Shown here in pieces: positions 31,163 to 40,168 of a DNA stretch of 64,000 bases. Within the stretch, counting starts at the first letter, position 1. Every line of letters begins with the position of its first letter. Below the pieces are notes generated by a model. The model ran no database searches. It was given only the letters and a program-made list of their open reading frames with translations, and was not told where the DNA came from. The DNA lies in assembly GCA_046290465.1 (NCBI GenBank), contig JBKAGP010000001.1:2656001-2720000 (forward strand). Direction: 5' to 3'. Both the position numbers and the translations under genes were made by a program. Origin of the DNA: Planctomycetota bacterium. GTDB lineage: Bacteria > Planctomycetota > UBA1135 > UBA2386.

Positions 31163-31245
31163 GCTCGCCGCTGCGCGGCGAGCTTGCGTGGCGGCTACGT
31201 GCTGCTTTGCAGCACTTGCGCGCCGCGCGTCGCTTCGCGACGCGC
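31163..31245. repeat. Three consecutive triloop hairpins directly after the DUF3299 stop
   Basis: gctcgccgc-tgc-gcggcgagc, gtgctgc-ttt-gcagcac, gcgcgtcgc-ttc-gcgacgcgc. Confidence 0.75.
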
Positions 31246-31976
31246 TACTTGAATTTGATCGCTTCCAGGCTCTCCACGTGCAGCTGGTAGATGTCCACGC
31301 AGTAGCCGTCCATCACCGTCGACTCGACCTTGAACGTGCCGATGATCTTCAGCGGATCGAAGAAGTAGTCGGTCGTCTTCTTCTTGGGCATGACCACGCG
31401 CACGATGCCGTGGATGTCGGGCGGCTGGCCGTAGCAGCACGACCAGAGCGACTCGACGAGCAGGAACTCCTTGATGTTCTGCACCTCGTCGATCGGCAGC
31501 ATGAAGCCGGTCATCAGGACCTTCTTGCCCGACAGCTCCTTGATGCGCTTGGGCATGCCCTTCAGGCCGTCTTCGTAGGGCCACGAGGTCAGCTCGTCGA
31601 ACGGCAGGATCTTGTCGAGGCCCGTGATCTTGCCGGCCTTGATCTCCTTCTGCAGGCGCTTCTCGACCTCGAGCATCTGCTCGGCGCTGCGCATCGCAGC
31701 GATGTCGGCAGGGTCGGTGCCCTTCGGCATCGGCGCATCCTCTTCGGGGCGCTCGACCTTGGGATCCTTCTTCTGGTCCTTCTTGGGGTCCTGCTTCTTC
31801 TTCGGGTCCTGCTTGCCCTTCTTGGCGTCGCCCTTCTTCGGATCCTGCTTCTTCGGATCCTGCTGGCCGGCTTCGGCCTTCTTCTCGACCTTGGGAGCGG
31901 GCTTGGACTCCTTCGTCGGTGGGGTCTGACAGATCAGCAGGCCGCTGAGGGCCAGGATGGCGAACAAGGTCTTCAT
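31245..31976 (-). CDS. DUF3299-like secreted protein with KKQDP low-complexity repeats
   Basis: Signal peptide, QDPKK repeats, then LSGKKVLMTGFMLP..EFLLVE..SCCYGQPP..IVRV, the DUF3299 pattern. Confidence 0.75.
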   Translation of the reverse strand: MKTLFAILALSGLLICQTPPTKESKPAPKVEKKAEAGQQDPKKQDPKKGDAKKGKQDPKKKQDPKKDQKKDPKVERPEEDAPMPKGTDPADIAAMRSAEQMLEVEKRLQKEIKAGKITGLDKILPFDELTSWPYEDGLKGMPKRIKELSGKKVLMTGFMLPIDEVQNIKEFLLVESLWSCCYGQPPDIHGIVRVVMPKKKTTDYFFDPLKIIGTFKVESTVMDGYCVDIYQLHVESLEAIKFK

Positions 31977-32282
31977 GGTCGGTTGGTGCCCGGGCGGGTC
32001 CCGAGGGGTGCATCGTATACGACGAATCCGGCGGACCGCCGAGACCGCCCTGGATTTCCCGCCGACCGAGCAGCCGACGGCATCGCGATCGCGGTGTGAC
32101 GTCCCGCGATCACGGGAATACCCAGCACCGAAGTGAGACTCCCCCGCCGACCCGACGTCGCGCCGCTGCCATCGACGCGTTGCTCCGCTTCCTCGGCAGC
32201 CCCCTCGTCCCGCCGTCCCAGAGAGGTATCATCCTCCGTGTCTCGTCGCCGGACCGGCTCCGCCACCGGCACACCTGCCATC

Positions 32283-33563
32283 ATGAAAACGCCCATCGTC
32301 CTGCTGACGCTCGGGACCGTGCTGCTGCTTCCCGCCTGTGGAAACAACTCGCCGGCCGCCGACCTCACCCCGGCTCCGCAGCCGGACCCGGATCCCGATC
32401 CGGATCCCCAACCGAGCATCGAACTCGGCGACCCGATGCCCGGCCTGACCGAGGCGGAGCTGGCCGCGTTCAACCGGGGCAAGCAGGTCTTTCTCAAGCG
32501 CTTCAAGCCGAGCGAAGGGCTGGGCCCGATGTACAACGCGACGTCGTGCAACTCGTGCCATAGCTCGCCCGTCGCGGGCGGCGGCAGCGACCTCTACCGC
32601 AACTTCTACGTCGCCTCGTACGGCCAATTCCCGTTCCTGCTGCCGCTGCCCGGACTGGTCAGCCCGGTCGTGCCGGCCTTCGGCGCGCCGAGCCAGATCA
32701 CGTTCAGCCTCGAGGTCGGTCGCCTGGTGATCCCCGAGCAGTTCGGTCCGTTCGACGTGCAGACCGACCAGCGCAACGGCATCCCGTTCTTCGGCGTCGG
32801 CATGTTCGAGTTCGTCAGCGACGCGACGATCCTGGCCAACGCGGATCCGGACGACCTCGACAGCGACGGCATCAGCGGCCGCGCCAACAACGACGCGGCC
32901 GGCCTCGGTCGCTTCGGCACCAAGGCGCAGGCCAACAACCTCGAACTGTTCACCCGCGCGCCATTGTTCAACCAGATGGGCATCACGACCAACCCGTTCC
33001 AGGGTTCGGCGGGCACGGTGAGCCTCGGCCACGCGGCGATGCTGCAGGGCTCGGCGACGCCGAACGCCCCGACCGTCGACAACGACGGCGTCGCCGACCC
33101 GGAGATGAACGCGGACGACCTCGGCGACCTGATCGCGTTCTCGCGCTTCATGGGCGCGCCGGTGGCCAAGCCGTTCAACGAAGCGGCGGTGCGCGGCGAG
33201 GCGCTGTTCGGCAACATCGGCTGCGCCAAGTGCCACATTCCCGAGCTCGAGTCGACCCGCGGCCCGGTGCGCGCCTTCACCGACCTGCTGATCCACGACA
33301 TGGGTCCGGACCTCGCCGGTGAGGTCAGCTTCGGCACCCCGCAGATGGGCACCAACGACCTGCCGACGACCGAAGCCGAGTGGCGCACCGCGCCGCTGTG
33401 GGGCATCGCCTCGGCCGCCCCCTACCTGCACGACGGCCGCGCCTCGACGCTCGACGACGCCATCCTCTGGCACGGCGGCGAAGCCCAGTCCATCCGCGAC
33501 GCGTACCAGGCCCTGACGGCCCAGGAACGCGAAGACATCCTCGAGTTCCTGAGGCACCTGTAA
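32283..33563 (+). CDS. Di-heme oxidoreductase (DHOR family) lipoprotein 1
   Basis: Lipobox LPAC, GLGPMYNATSCNSCH, DPDDLDSDGISGR, GRFG.K, GCAKCH, TDLLIHDMG, WRTAPLWG, YLHDGRA. Confidence 0.9.
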   Translation: MKTPIVLLTLGTVLLLPACGNNSPAADLTPAPQPDPDPDPDPQPSIELGDPMPGLTEAELAAFNRGKQVFLKRFKPSEGLGPMYNATSCNSCHSSPVAGGGSDLYRNFYVASYGQFPFLLPLPGLVSPVVPAFGAPSQITFSLEVGRLVIPEQFGPFDVQTDQRNGIPFFGVGMFEFVSDATILANADPDDLDSDGISGRANNDAAGLGRFGTKAQANNLELFTRAPLFNQMGITTNPFQGSAGTVSLGHAAMLQGSATPNAPTVDNDGVADPEMNADDLGDLIAFSRFMGAPVAKPFNEAAVRGEALFGNIGCAKCHIPELESTRGPVRAFTDLLIHDMGPDLAGEVSFGTPQMGTNDLPTTEAEWRTAPLWGIASAAPYLHDGRASTLDDAILWHGGEAQSIRDAYQALTAQEREDILEFLRHL

Positions 33564-34666
33564 TGCAGCTCAACCACATGATCCTGGGCGGGCTCGCTTG
33601 CATCACCGCCATCACCGTCGGCGTCGCCACGACGTCGTTCGTCGACGAACAGTTCGAGCGCGGCCAGGCCCTGTTCGACCATCGCTTCACGATCGAGGAA
33701 GGTCTCGGCGGCCCCGGCCTCAACGCCGACAGCTGCCGCGCCTGCCACCGCGACCCCGAGATGGGCGGCGCCGGCCCGCTCGAGCTCAACGTCTCGCGCA
33801 TCGGCCGTGACGAGAACGGCGCCGGTCCGTTCAGCAACGTCTCGGGTGGCCAGCTGCTCAGCAAGCTGTTCCCGCCGACGACGCACGGCCGCGAGGAGTA
33901 CGAGACGTTCGGTGCAAACGCCCCGGACGTGTTCGAGCAGCGGCAGACGCCGTCGCTGTTCGGCAGCGGCATGATCGACCAGATCCCCGGCGCGGTGATC
34001 ACCGCCAACGAGGACGTCAACGACGCCAACGGCGACGGCATCTTCGGCATCGCGCGGCGCATCGAGGTCGCGGGCGTGATCGAGATCGGTCGCTTCGGCT
34101 GGAAGGGGCAGATCCCGCGCCTCGCGGACTTCGTCGACGACGCGATGTTCGGCGAACTCGGCATGACGACGCCCGACAACGGTCGCGGCTTCGCGTTCTT
34201 GGCCGACGACGACAGCGTCGCCGACCCCGAGATCTCGGCGGACGAGGTCGCCGACATCGCGCACTTCATGAGCGAACTGCCGGCGCCCGAGCGCGGCGGC
34301 TCGACCGACCCGCGCGTCGCGCAGGGGCTGAGCCTGTTCGCCCAGGTCGGCTGCGCCAAGTGCCATACGCCGAGCCTGCCGAGCCCGATGGGTCCGGTCC
34401 CGCTCTACTCGAACCTGCTGCTGCACAACGTCATGGCGCCGGGCTTCCGCGGCATGGCCGAGCCGGGCGCCGGCTCCGGCTTCTACCGCACGCCGCCGCT
34501 GTGGGGCATCAAGGACACCGCACCCTACATGCACGACGGCCGCGCCGAAGACCTCGACGCCGCGATCCGCGCGCACGACGGTGAGGCCAGCACCGTGCGC
34601 GGCAACTACGAGGCGCTGTCGGACGAAGAACGCGAAGCGCTGCTGCTGTTCCTCGAGGACCTGTAG
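33563..34666 (+). CDS. Di-heme oxidoreductase (DHOR family) 2
   Basis: TAATG coupling to DHOR 1. NADSCRACH, DANGDGIFG, GRFGWK, GCAKCH, RTPPLWG, YMHDGRA. Confidence 0.9.
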   Translation: MQLNHMILGGLACITAITVGVATTSFVDEQFERGQALFDHRFTIEEGLGGPGLNADSCRACHRDPEMGGAGPLELNVSRIGRDENGAGPFSNVSGGQLLSKLFPPTTHGREEYETFGANAPDVFEQRQTPSLFGSGMIDQIPGAVITANEDVNDANGDGIFGIARRIEVAGVIEIGRFGWKGQIPRLADFVDDAMFGELGMTTPDNGRGFAFLADDDSVADPEISADEVADIAHFMSELPAPERGGSTDPRVAQGLSLFAQVGCAKCHTPSLPSPMGPVPLYSNLLLHNVMAPGFRGMAEPGAGSGFYRTPPLWGIKDTAPYMHDGRAEDLDAAIRAHDGEASTVRGNYEALSDEEREALLLFLEDL

Positions 34667-34671
34667 CGCGC

Positions 34672-35715
34672 GTGCTGCGCCCCCGCACCGTGGCGCTCGC
34701 GTCGCTGGCGCTGCTCGGCGCCTGCCAGCAGCAGCCGACGGTTACGCCGGTCGACGCCGCGGCCACGCACTTCGCCGTGCGCGGCCGCTGGCCGGCCGAG
34801 CCCCGCATCCGCTGGCGGGCCGAGAGCGGCCCGATGCCGGTCGACGAGGCGACCTTCCGGGACGCGGTCGCGCGCGCCTGCGCGACCTGGAACGCGACCG
34901 GCTGCGTGACGTTCGTCCCGGCCGCGGCCGGCGACGACGCCGACGTCACGCTCGGCTGGCGCCGCGGCCACCACGGCGCGTGCGAGCCGTTCGGCATCAG
35001 CACGACGGTGGCGCACTCCGGACCGGTGCGGCCCGGCACGTTCGTGCACTTCGACGCCGACCGCAGCTGGGTCGCCGACGCGGCCGACGACGACCGCGCC
35101 TACTCGCTCTACGGCACCGCCCTGCACGAACTCGGCCACGTGCTCGGCCTCGGCCACAGTGCCGCCGACGACGCGGTGATGAAGACCGGCGAGGTGCGCT
35201 CGCTGCCGCTGTCGCCGTCGGACCGCTTCGGCCTGCAGTCGCTGTACGGCGGCGGCGACGACGCGCCGGGCGACGTGCGCGTGCTGCGGGACGACGGCAC
35301 CGCGCTGGCGACGTTGCGCGGCGTCGCGCCGATCGACCGCTGCGGGCTGGCGTGCTTTGACATCGACGGCGACGGTCGCTGCGAGCTGGTGGTCTGGCGC
35401 ACCGACCGTGACGGCGACGGCGTGATCATGTCCTACCACTTCGACAGCGACGGGCTGACGCGCACGACCGGCCCCTACTTCGCGATGGCGTCGGCCGCCG
35501 ACGGCGCGAGCAACGGCGTCGTGACCGCCGGCGGCTACCGCCTGTTCGTCACCCGGTTCGGCAACGGCCGGGTCATCGCGCGCCGGTTCGACGAGCACGG
35601 CCTGCTGGTCCCCCACAGCGCCGACGGCCTCGACGGGCCTGGCGAGCAGCCGCGCAGCGGCGACGTCGACGGCGACGGTCGCGCCGAGACGATCGTGCCC
35701 GTCGTCGGCAGCTGA
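34672..35715 (+). CDS. Matrixin-like (M10) zinc metalloprotease lipoprotein with DxDGDG repeats
   Basis: Lipobox LGAC, HFD..W, HELGHVLGLGH, Met-turn AVM. C-terminal DIDGDGRCEL and DVDGDGRAET. Confidence 0.85.
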   Translation: MLRPRTVALASLALLGACQQQPTVTPVDAAATHFAVRGRWPAEPRIRWRAESGPMPVDEATFRDAVARACATWNATGCVTFVPAAAGDDADVTLGWRRGHHGACEPFGISTTVAHSGPVRPGTFVHFDADRSWVADAADDDRAYSLYGTALHELGHVLGLGHSAADDAVMKTGEVRSLPLSPSDRFGLQSLYGGGDDAPGDVRVLRDDGTALATLRGVAPIDRCGLACFDIDGDGRCELVVWRTDRDGDGVIMSYHFDSDGLTRTTGPYFAMASAADGASNGVVTAGGYRLFVTRFGNGRVIARRFDEHGLLVPHSADGLDGPGEQPRSGDVDGDGRAETIVPVVGS

Positions 35716-35759
35716 ACGGTCGCTGGCGCCCCGCCCGCTGCACGGCGACAATCGCCCGC

Positions 35760-36794
35760 GTGTCGGACTCCTCCAGCAGAACCCGTTCGCTCGTCCTGCT
35801 CGGCCTGATCGGCGGCATCGTCGGCCTCGCGCTGGTGCTGCAGCAGCTGCGCCAGGAGCCCGGCGAGCAGCCGCGCGAACTGCCGTACGGCCGGCCGGTC
35901 GACCGCACCGCGACGCTCGAGCTCGAGGCCGTGCGCGCACCGCAGGACCTCGGCGAACTGGCCATGCACCACTGCCGCATCCTGGTCGGGTTCGGCCCGC
36001 GCTACTTCGGCCAGCCCGGCTGGTCGAAGCAGCTCGACCACATCGTGCAGACGCTGACCAACCAGGGGCTCGACGTCGATCGCGACACCTGGACCGATCG
36101 CATCCATCGCATCACCTTCAGCAACGTCGTCGCGACGATCCCCGGCAGGCGCAAGGAGCGCATCGTGCTGGCGTGCCACCACGACACCAAGTGCACGACC
36201 GGCCATCCGATCCAGCAGCACAACTTCGACTTCGTCGGCGCCAACGACGGCGCCAGCGGGGTCTCCCTGCTGCTGGCGCTCGCGCCCGAACTGCAGAAGC
36301 GCGCCAACGAGGCGACCATCGACCTGGTGTTCTTCGACGGCGAGGAGAGCCTCGACTTCGACTGGAACGACGACAAGGCGCTATTCGGCAGCAAGCGGTT
36401 CGTGCAGCGCCATCTGGCGGCGCGCGAACGCGGCGACGAGGCGCCGATCGCCGCGATGATCCTCGTCGACATGGTCGGCCGGATCGACCTGCACATCCAG
36501 GAGGAGCTGTGGTCGACCGAACGGCTGCGCAGGATCTGCTGGTCGGCGGCGAAGGCGACCGGCCACGAGCAGCAGTTCTATCGGGTCTCCGAAGGCGCCA
36601 AGGACGACCACGTTCCGTTCCTGCTCGCCGGCATCCCGGCGATCGACCTGATCGACCTGAAGGGCAACCCCTACTGGCACACGCCGCACGACACGCTCGA
36701 ATACATGTCGGCGGCCAGCATCCAGAAGGTGGCCGACGTCGTGCTGACGATGCTGCCCGCGGTCGAACGCACCTACGTCACAGCGCGGGACTGA
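35760..36794 (+). CDS. Membrane-anchored M28-family protein, glutaminyl cyclase-like
   Basis: N-terminal TM, VLACHHDTK, FVGANDGASG, FFDGEE..W..LFGS, DMVG, DDHVPF, WHT. Confidence 0.85.
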   Translation: MSDSSSRTRSLVLLGLIGGIVGLALVLQQLRQEPGEQPRELPYGRPVDRTATLELEAVRAPQDLGELAMHHCRILVGFGPRYFGQPGWSKQLDHIVQTLTNQGLDVDRDTWTDRIHRITFSNVVATIPGRRKERIVLACHHDTKCTTGHPIQQHNFDFVGANDGASGVSLLLALAPELQKRANEATIDLVFFDGEESLDFDWNDDKALFGSKRFVQRHLAARERGDEAPIAAMILVDMVGRIDLHIQEELWSTERLRRICWSAAKATGHEQQFYRVSEGAKDDHVPFLLAGIPAIDLIDLKGNPYWHTPHDTLEYMSAASIQKVADVVLTMLPAVERTYVTARD

Positions 36795-36802
36795 CGGACC
36801 AG

Positions 36803-36890
36803 ACTGCGGCACCGCATACCGAACCGGGTTCATCCTGCGCCACCTGCCGCCAGGCGGCAGGATGAACCCGGTTCGGTACGCGGTGGCAGT
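36803..36890. terminator. Long inverted repeat between convergent genes (terminator or miniature element)
   Basis: Perfect 22-bp arms at 36817-36838 and 36857-36878, extended by imperfect outer arms. Confidence 0.7.
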
Positions 36891-36925
36891 CAGTAGTTCT
36901 GGGCCAGTCAGTAGTTCTGGGCCAG
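36887..36925. repeat. Exact 18-bp tandem duplication covering the permease stop codon
   Basis: cagtcagtagttctgggc twice (36887-36904, 36905-36922). Confidence 0.85.
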
Positions 36926-38308
36926 GTTGTCGGCGACCTGGGTCATCGAGCCCTTCACCGCCGGGGCGAGGCCGGCGATCGCGCCGATGCCGGTGACGCC
37001 GAGCAGCAGCCACAGCTCCCAGACGCGGAACTGGGCCCAGTCGAGGAACACGCCGGTCATGTCCTCGACGACGCCCTGCAGGCCGAACGCCGCGGCGTGG
37101 CACAGCACCAGGCCGAGCAGCGCACCGAAGAACGACAGCAGCGCCGCTTCGCCGGTGATGATCGTCAGGATCTGGAAGCGCCGCGCGCCGAGCGAACGCA
37201 TGATCGCGATCTCGCGGCGGCGTTCGTTCATCGTGTTGTAGATCGCGACCGTGATCGACACCGCGGCAACCAGCAGCACCAGCCATGCGATCACCGCCAG
37301 CGCATCGGCCGCGTTGCCGATCTGGCGCAGGAACTTCGGCACGACGTCCTGCGGCCACGCGACCTGCGCCTCGGGGTGCGAGCCGAACTCGCGCCGCAAG
37401 AACTGCGGGCCCAAGTGGTCGAGCGGGTCGGCGATCACCGCGGTCAGGCCGATCCGGCCGACGCTGGTCGGCATCGTCTCGATCTGCGCCGGGCTCTTGC
37501 CCGCGACCTGCGGGTCGACGAACACACCCTGCTCGTGGCCGTCGATCAGCAGGTGGATGCCGAGCGGCAGGTAGATGGTCGAGTCGATCGGCGAATTGGT
37601 CGGCGCCAGGATGCCGACGATCTCGCACGCCGCCTCCGGATGCTCGTGGCTGCCGAACTCGCCGGCCTTGCCGTGCACCGGCGTCACCACGCTGCCGATC
37701 TCGAGCCGCAGCGTCCGCGCGACCCGCGCGCCGATCACGCACTTGCGCCACTCCTTCTGCAGCAGCGGCCGCTTCGGCAGCTGCTCCGCACCGACCTCGG
37801 CACGCAGCGCGTTCTCGTAGACGGTCAGCTGCTCGGCCATCTCGATCAGCTGTTCGTAGCTGAACGCGAACGGCCCGCCCTCGGCGAACCGCAGCGGCTC
37901 CCGCTTCCACTCGAACTTCGAGAACATCTCGTCGATGGTCGCGATGACGGGGAAGTTGAAGCTGCTGATGCTGTCGCCGCGCGCCTGCGGGATCGCGTAG
38001 CGCACCTGGCTGCGGCGGCCGATGCCGCGGCCGGCGCGCAGCTTCTGGCACACCTCGAACGGAATCAGCCCCGGCGCCTCGCCGACGTTGAAGATCGTGT
38101 TGAGCACCAGCTCGAGTTCGCTGGCGCCGTTGGCCCCGGCGATCGCCTGGTAACCGCCGATGCTGCCCTCGTAGCGCGCCTCGGTCTGCTCCGCCATCGT
38201 CAGGATCGCGGCATAGAGCGCGGTCGCGACGATGATCGACATCATCGTCAGGACGGTCGCGACGAGGCGGATGCGCAGGTTGCGCATGCTGATCGAAACG
38301 AGCTTCAC
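36908..38308 (-). CDS. MacB/FtsX-type ABC permease with a His-containing periplasmic loop
   Basis: GTG 38308. SELELVLNTIF, PVHG..SHEH, VGILAPTNSPID, ERRREIAIMRSLGA, four TMs. Confidence 0.88.
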   Translation of the reverse strand: MKLVSISMRNLRIRLVATVLTMMSIIVATALYAAILTMAEQTEARYEGSIGGYQAIAGANGASELELVLNTIFNVGEAPGLIPFEVCQKLRAGRGIGRRSQVRYAIPQARGDSISSFNFPVIATIDEMFSKFEWKREPLRFAEGGPFAFSYEQLIEMAEQLTVYENALRAEVGAEQLPKRPLLQKEWRKCVIGARVARTLRLEIGSVVTPVHGKAGEFGSHEHPEAACEIVGILAPTNSPIDSTIYLPLGIHLLIDGHEQGVFVDPQVAGKSPAQIETMPTSVGRIGLTAVIADPLDHLGPQFLRREFGSHPEAQVAWPQDVVPKFLRQIGNAADALAVIAWLVLLVAAVSITVAIYNTMNERRREIAIMRSLGARRFQILTIITGEAALLSFFGALLGLVLCHAAAFGLQGVVEDMTGVFLDWAQFRVWELWLLLGVTGIGAIAGLAPAVKGSMTQVADNLAQNY

Positions 38309-38979
38309 TGCGCCACCTCCGCGCTGCGCAGCGTCGCCAGGTCGACCGTTCGCTGCATGCGTTGGGCCGACTCCGGATCGTGCGTCACCATCACGACGGT
38401 CTTGCCGTCGTCCGAGGCGATCTGCAGCATCAGGTCGAGCACCTGGCCACCGGTCGCCTTGTCCTGGTTGCCGAGCGGCTCGTCCATCAGCACCAGCGCC
38501 GGGTCGTTGATCAACGCGCGGCAGATCGCGACGCGCTGCACCTGGCCGACCGACAGCTCCGACGGACGGTGGTGCAGACGGTCCGCGAGCCCGACCTTCT
38601 GCAGCAGCGCCTCGGCGCGCAGCCGCGCATCGCCGCCGGCGCCGCGGCCGAACAGCGCCCCCATCAGCACGTTCTCGAGCGCCGAGAACGGCTGCAGCAG
38701 GTTGAACGTCTGGTAGACCATGCCGATGTGGTGGCCGCGATGGCGATCGCGCGCCGCCTCGCCGAGCTTGTCGAGGCGCTTGCCGACGACGTCGACCTCG
38801 CCGCGATCGGGCCGCAGGATGCCGGCCAGGATGTGCAGCAGCGTGGTCTTGCCGGTGCCGGAGCGCCCGATCAGCGCAACCTGCTCCCCGGCTTCGATAT
38901 CGAGGCGATCGACCGCGCATGCGAGCACGGCCTGCTCCCCTCGGGAGTAGCTCTTCTGGACGTCGCGGAGGTGGATCAT
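38305..38979 (-). CDS. LolD/MacB-type ABC ATPase
   Basis: GRSGTGKTT, YQTFNLL, LSVGQ signature, LMDEP, VTHD. Confidence 0.93.
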   Translation of the reverse strand: MIHLRDVQKSYSRGEQAVLACAVDRLDIEAGEQVALIGRSGTGKTTLLHILAGILRPDRGEVDVVGKRLDKLGEAARDRHRGHHIGMVYQTFNLLQPFSALENVLMGALFGRGAGGDARLRAEALLQKVGLADRLHHRPSELSVGQVQRVAICRALINDPALVLMDEPLGNQDKATGGQVLDLMLQIASDDGKTVVMVTHDPESAQRMQRTVDLATLRSAEVAQ

Positions 38980-39022
38980 GAGGGGTCGGGCGGCGCAGGA
39001 TACGCACCGTCGGCCCTCGCGG

Positions 39023-40168
39023 TCAGTTTTTCCAGAAAGCCGCGACCCAATCGAGTTCGCGCCGGATCCGCTGGTGCAGCGGCGCATCGCCGAACGTGTC
39101 CCCGAGCACCGACCAGGTGTAGGTCTCGACCTCGAGCAGCGGCACCGGAGCCGAGTCGGCCGCCAACGCCTCGAGCACGCGCCGCACCTGCTGCTGCGTC
39201 GAGCCGAACGGTCCGTCCTGGTCCCAGTCGAGCGGCACGTGGTAGTGCGTGCGCACGCGGCCGGCGCGTTCGAACTCGGCGCGTCGCGCGCGCACGCCGT
39301 CGAGGTCGAGCGAACGAAGGCCGTTCGCCGCCATCGTCTGGTGCAGGTAGCGCGGCTCCTCGAACGCCAGCAGCGGCTCGATGCCGTTGGCATGGCGCAC
39401 CTCGAGGCACGACGACACCTGGATCTTGGGCACCTCGATGCCGCGCCGCCGCAGCTCGGCGAGCGCAGCCAGCGGATCCTCGTCGAGCACCGCCAGGTGG
39501 CACAGGTCGACGCAGACGCCGAGATGGCGGCGCAGGTGCTCGGCCGGCACCGTCGTCCACGCCCCCTCTTCGAACAGCCAGCGGTCGAGGAAGTCGGCGG
39601 CCTGCGCGACCGTCTCGAGCAGGCAGTTCGGCTCCGGCTCGAGCGCCAGCACGCAGCGCACGCCGGTGTCCGCCTCGATCGCCGCCAGCATGCTGGCAGC
39701 GCGCGCCAGGTTGCGCGCCATCCGCCGCACGTCGGCCGGTGCCTCGCCGTCGCCGCGGTAGCCGAGCGGCAGCGTCGACATCGGCAGCACGTCCCCGCGC
39801 CCCAGCAGCTGCGCGCCGACCTCGGCGCAGCGACGCGTGTAGAGCAGCCGCTCCTCGTCGCCCCAGTCCGGCGCGTAGACCGCGGTCTTGACGACCTCCT
39901 GGTGGAAGTCGCCGAACGGGAACACGTTCAACGTCCACAGCGGCGCCCCGGCGTCGTCCATCGCACCGCGCAGCCGTGCTCGCGCGGCGGCGTCGGCGTG
40001 CAGCACCTCGACCAGCTGCATCGGCCACCAGCCGCCGAGCCCGAACGCGCGGCCCTCGGTGCGTGCGGCGGCTGCGACCGGCGCGACGTGGTCGCGCAGC
40101 GTCGCCAGCTGCTGGTCGAGGTCGGGCGCCGGATGCACGTTGGTGCAGTAGGTGATGCGGGGAGCCAC
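39023..40168 (-). CDS. eboE: EboE-like TIM-barrel protein
   Basis: YCTNVHP, TLNVFPFGDFH..VK..VY.PDW, STLPL, LEPEP.C, DLCH, KIQVS, EPRYLHQ, RTHYHVPL, EVETYTW. Confidence 0.88.
   Translation of the reverse strand: MAPRITYCTNVHPAPDLDQQLATLRDHVAPVAAAARTEGRAFGLGGWWPMQLVEVLHADAAARARLRGAMDDAGAPLWTLNVFPFGDFHQEVVKTAVYAPDWGDEERLLYTRRCAEVGAQLLGRGDVLPMSTLPLGYRGDGEAPADVRRMARNLARAASMLAAIEADTGVRCVLALEPEPNCLLETVAQAADFLDRWLFEEGAWTTVPAEHLRRHLGVCVDLCHLAVLDEDPLAALAELRRRGIEVPKIQVSSCLEVRHANGIEPLLAFEEPRYLHQTMAANGLRSLDLDGVRARRAEFERAGRVRTHYHVPLDWDQDGPFGSTQQQVRRVLEALAADSAPVPLLEVETYTWSVLGDTFGDAPLHQRIRRELDWVAAFWKN

Noticed and set aside
32013..32022. TCGTATACGA palindrome as a Zur/Fur box
   Set aside because: Only 10 bp, does not match Zur or Fur consensus, and may just overlap a -10 element.
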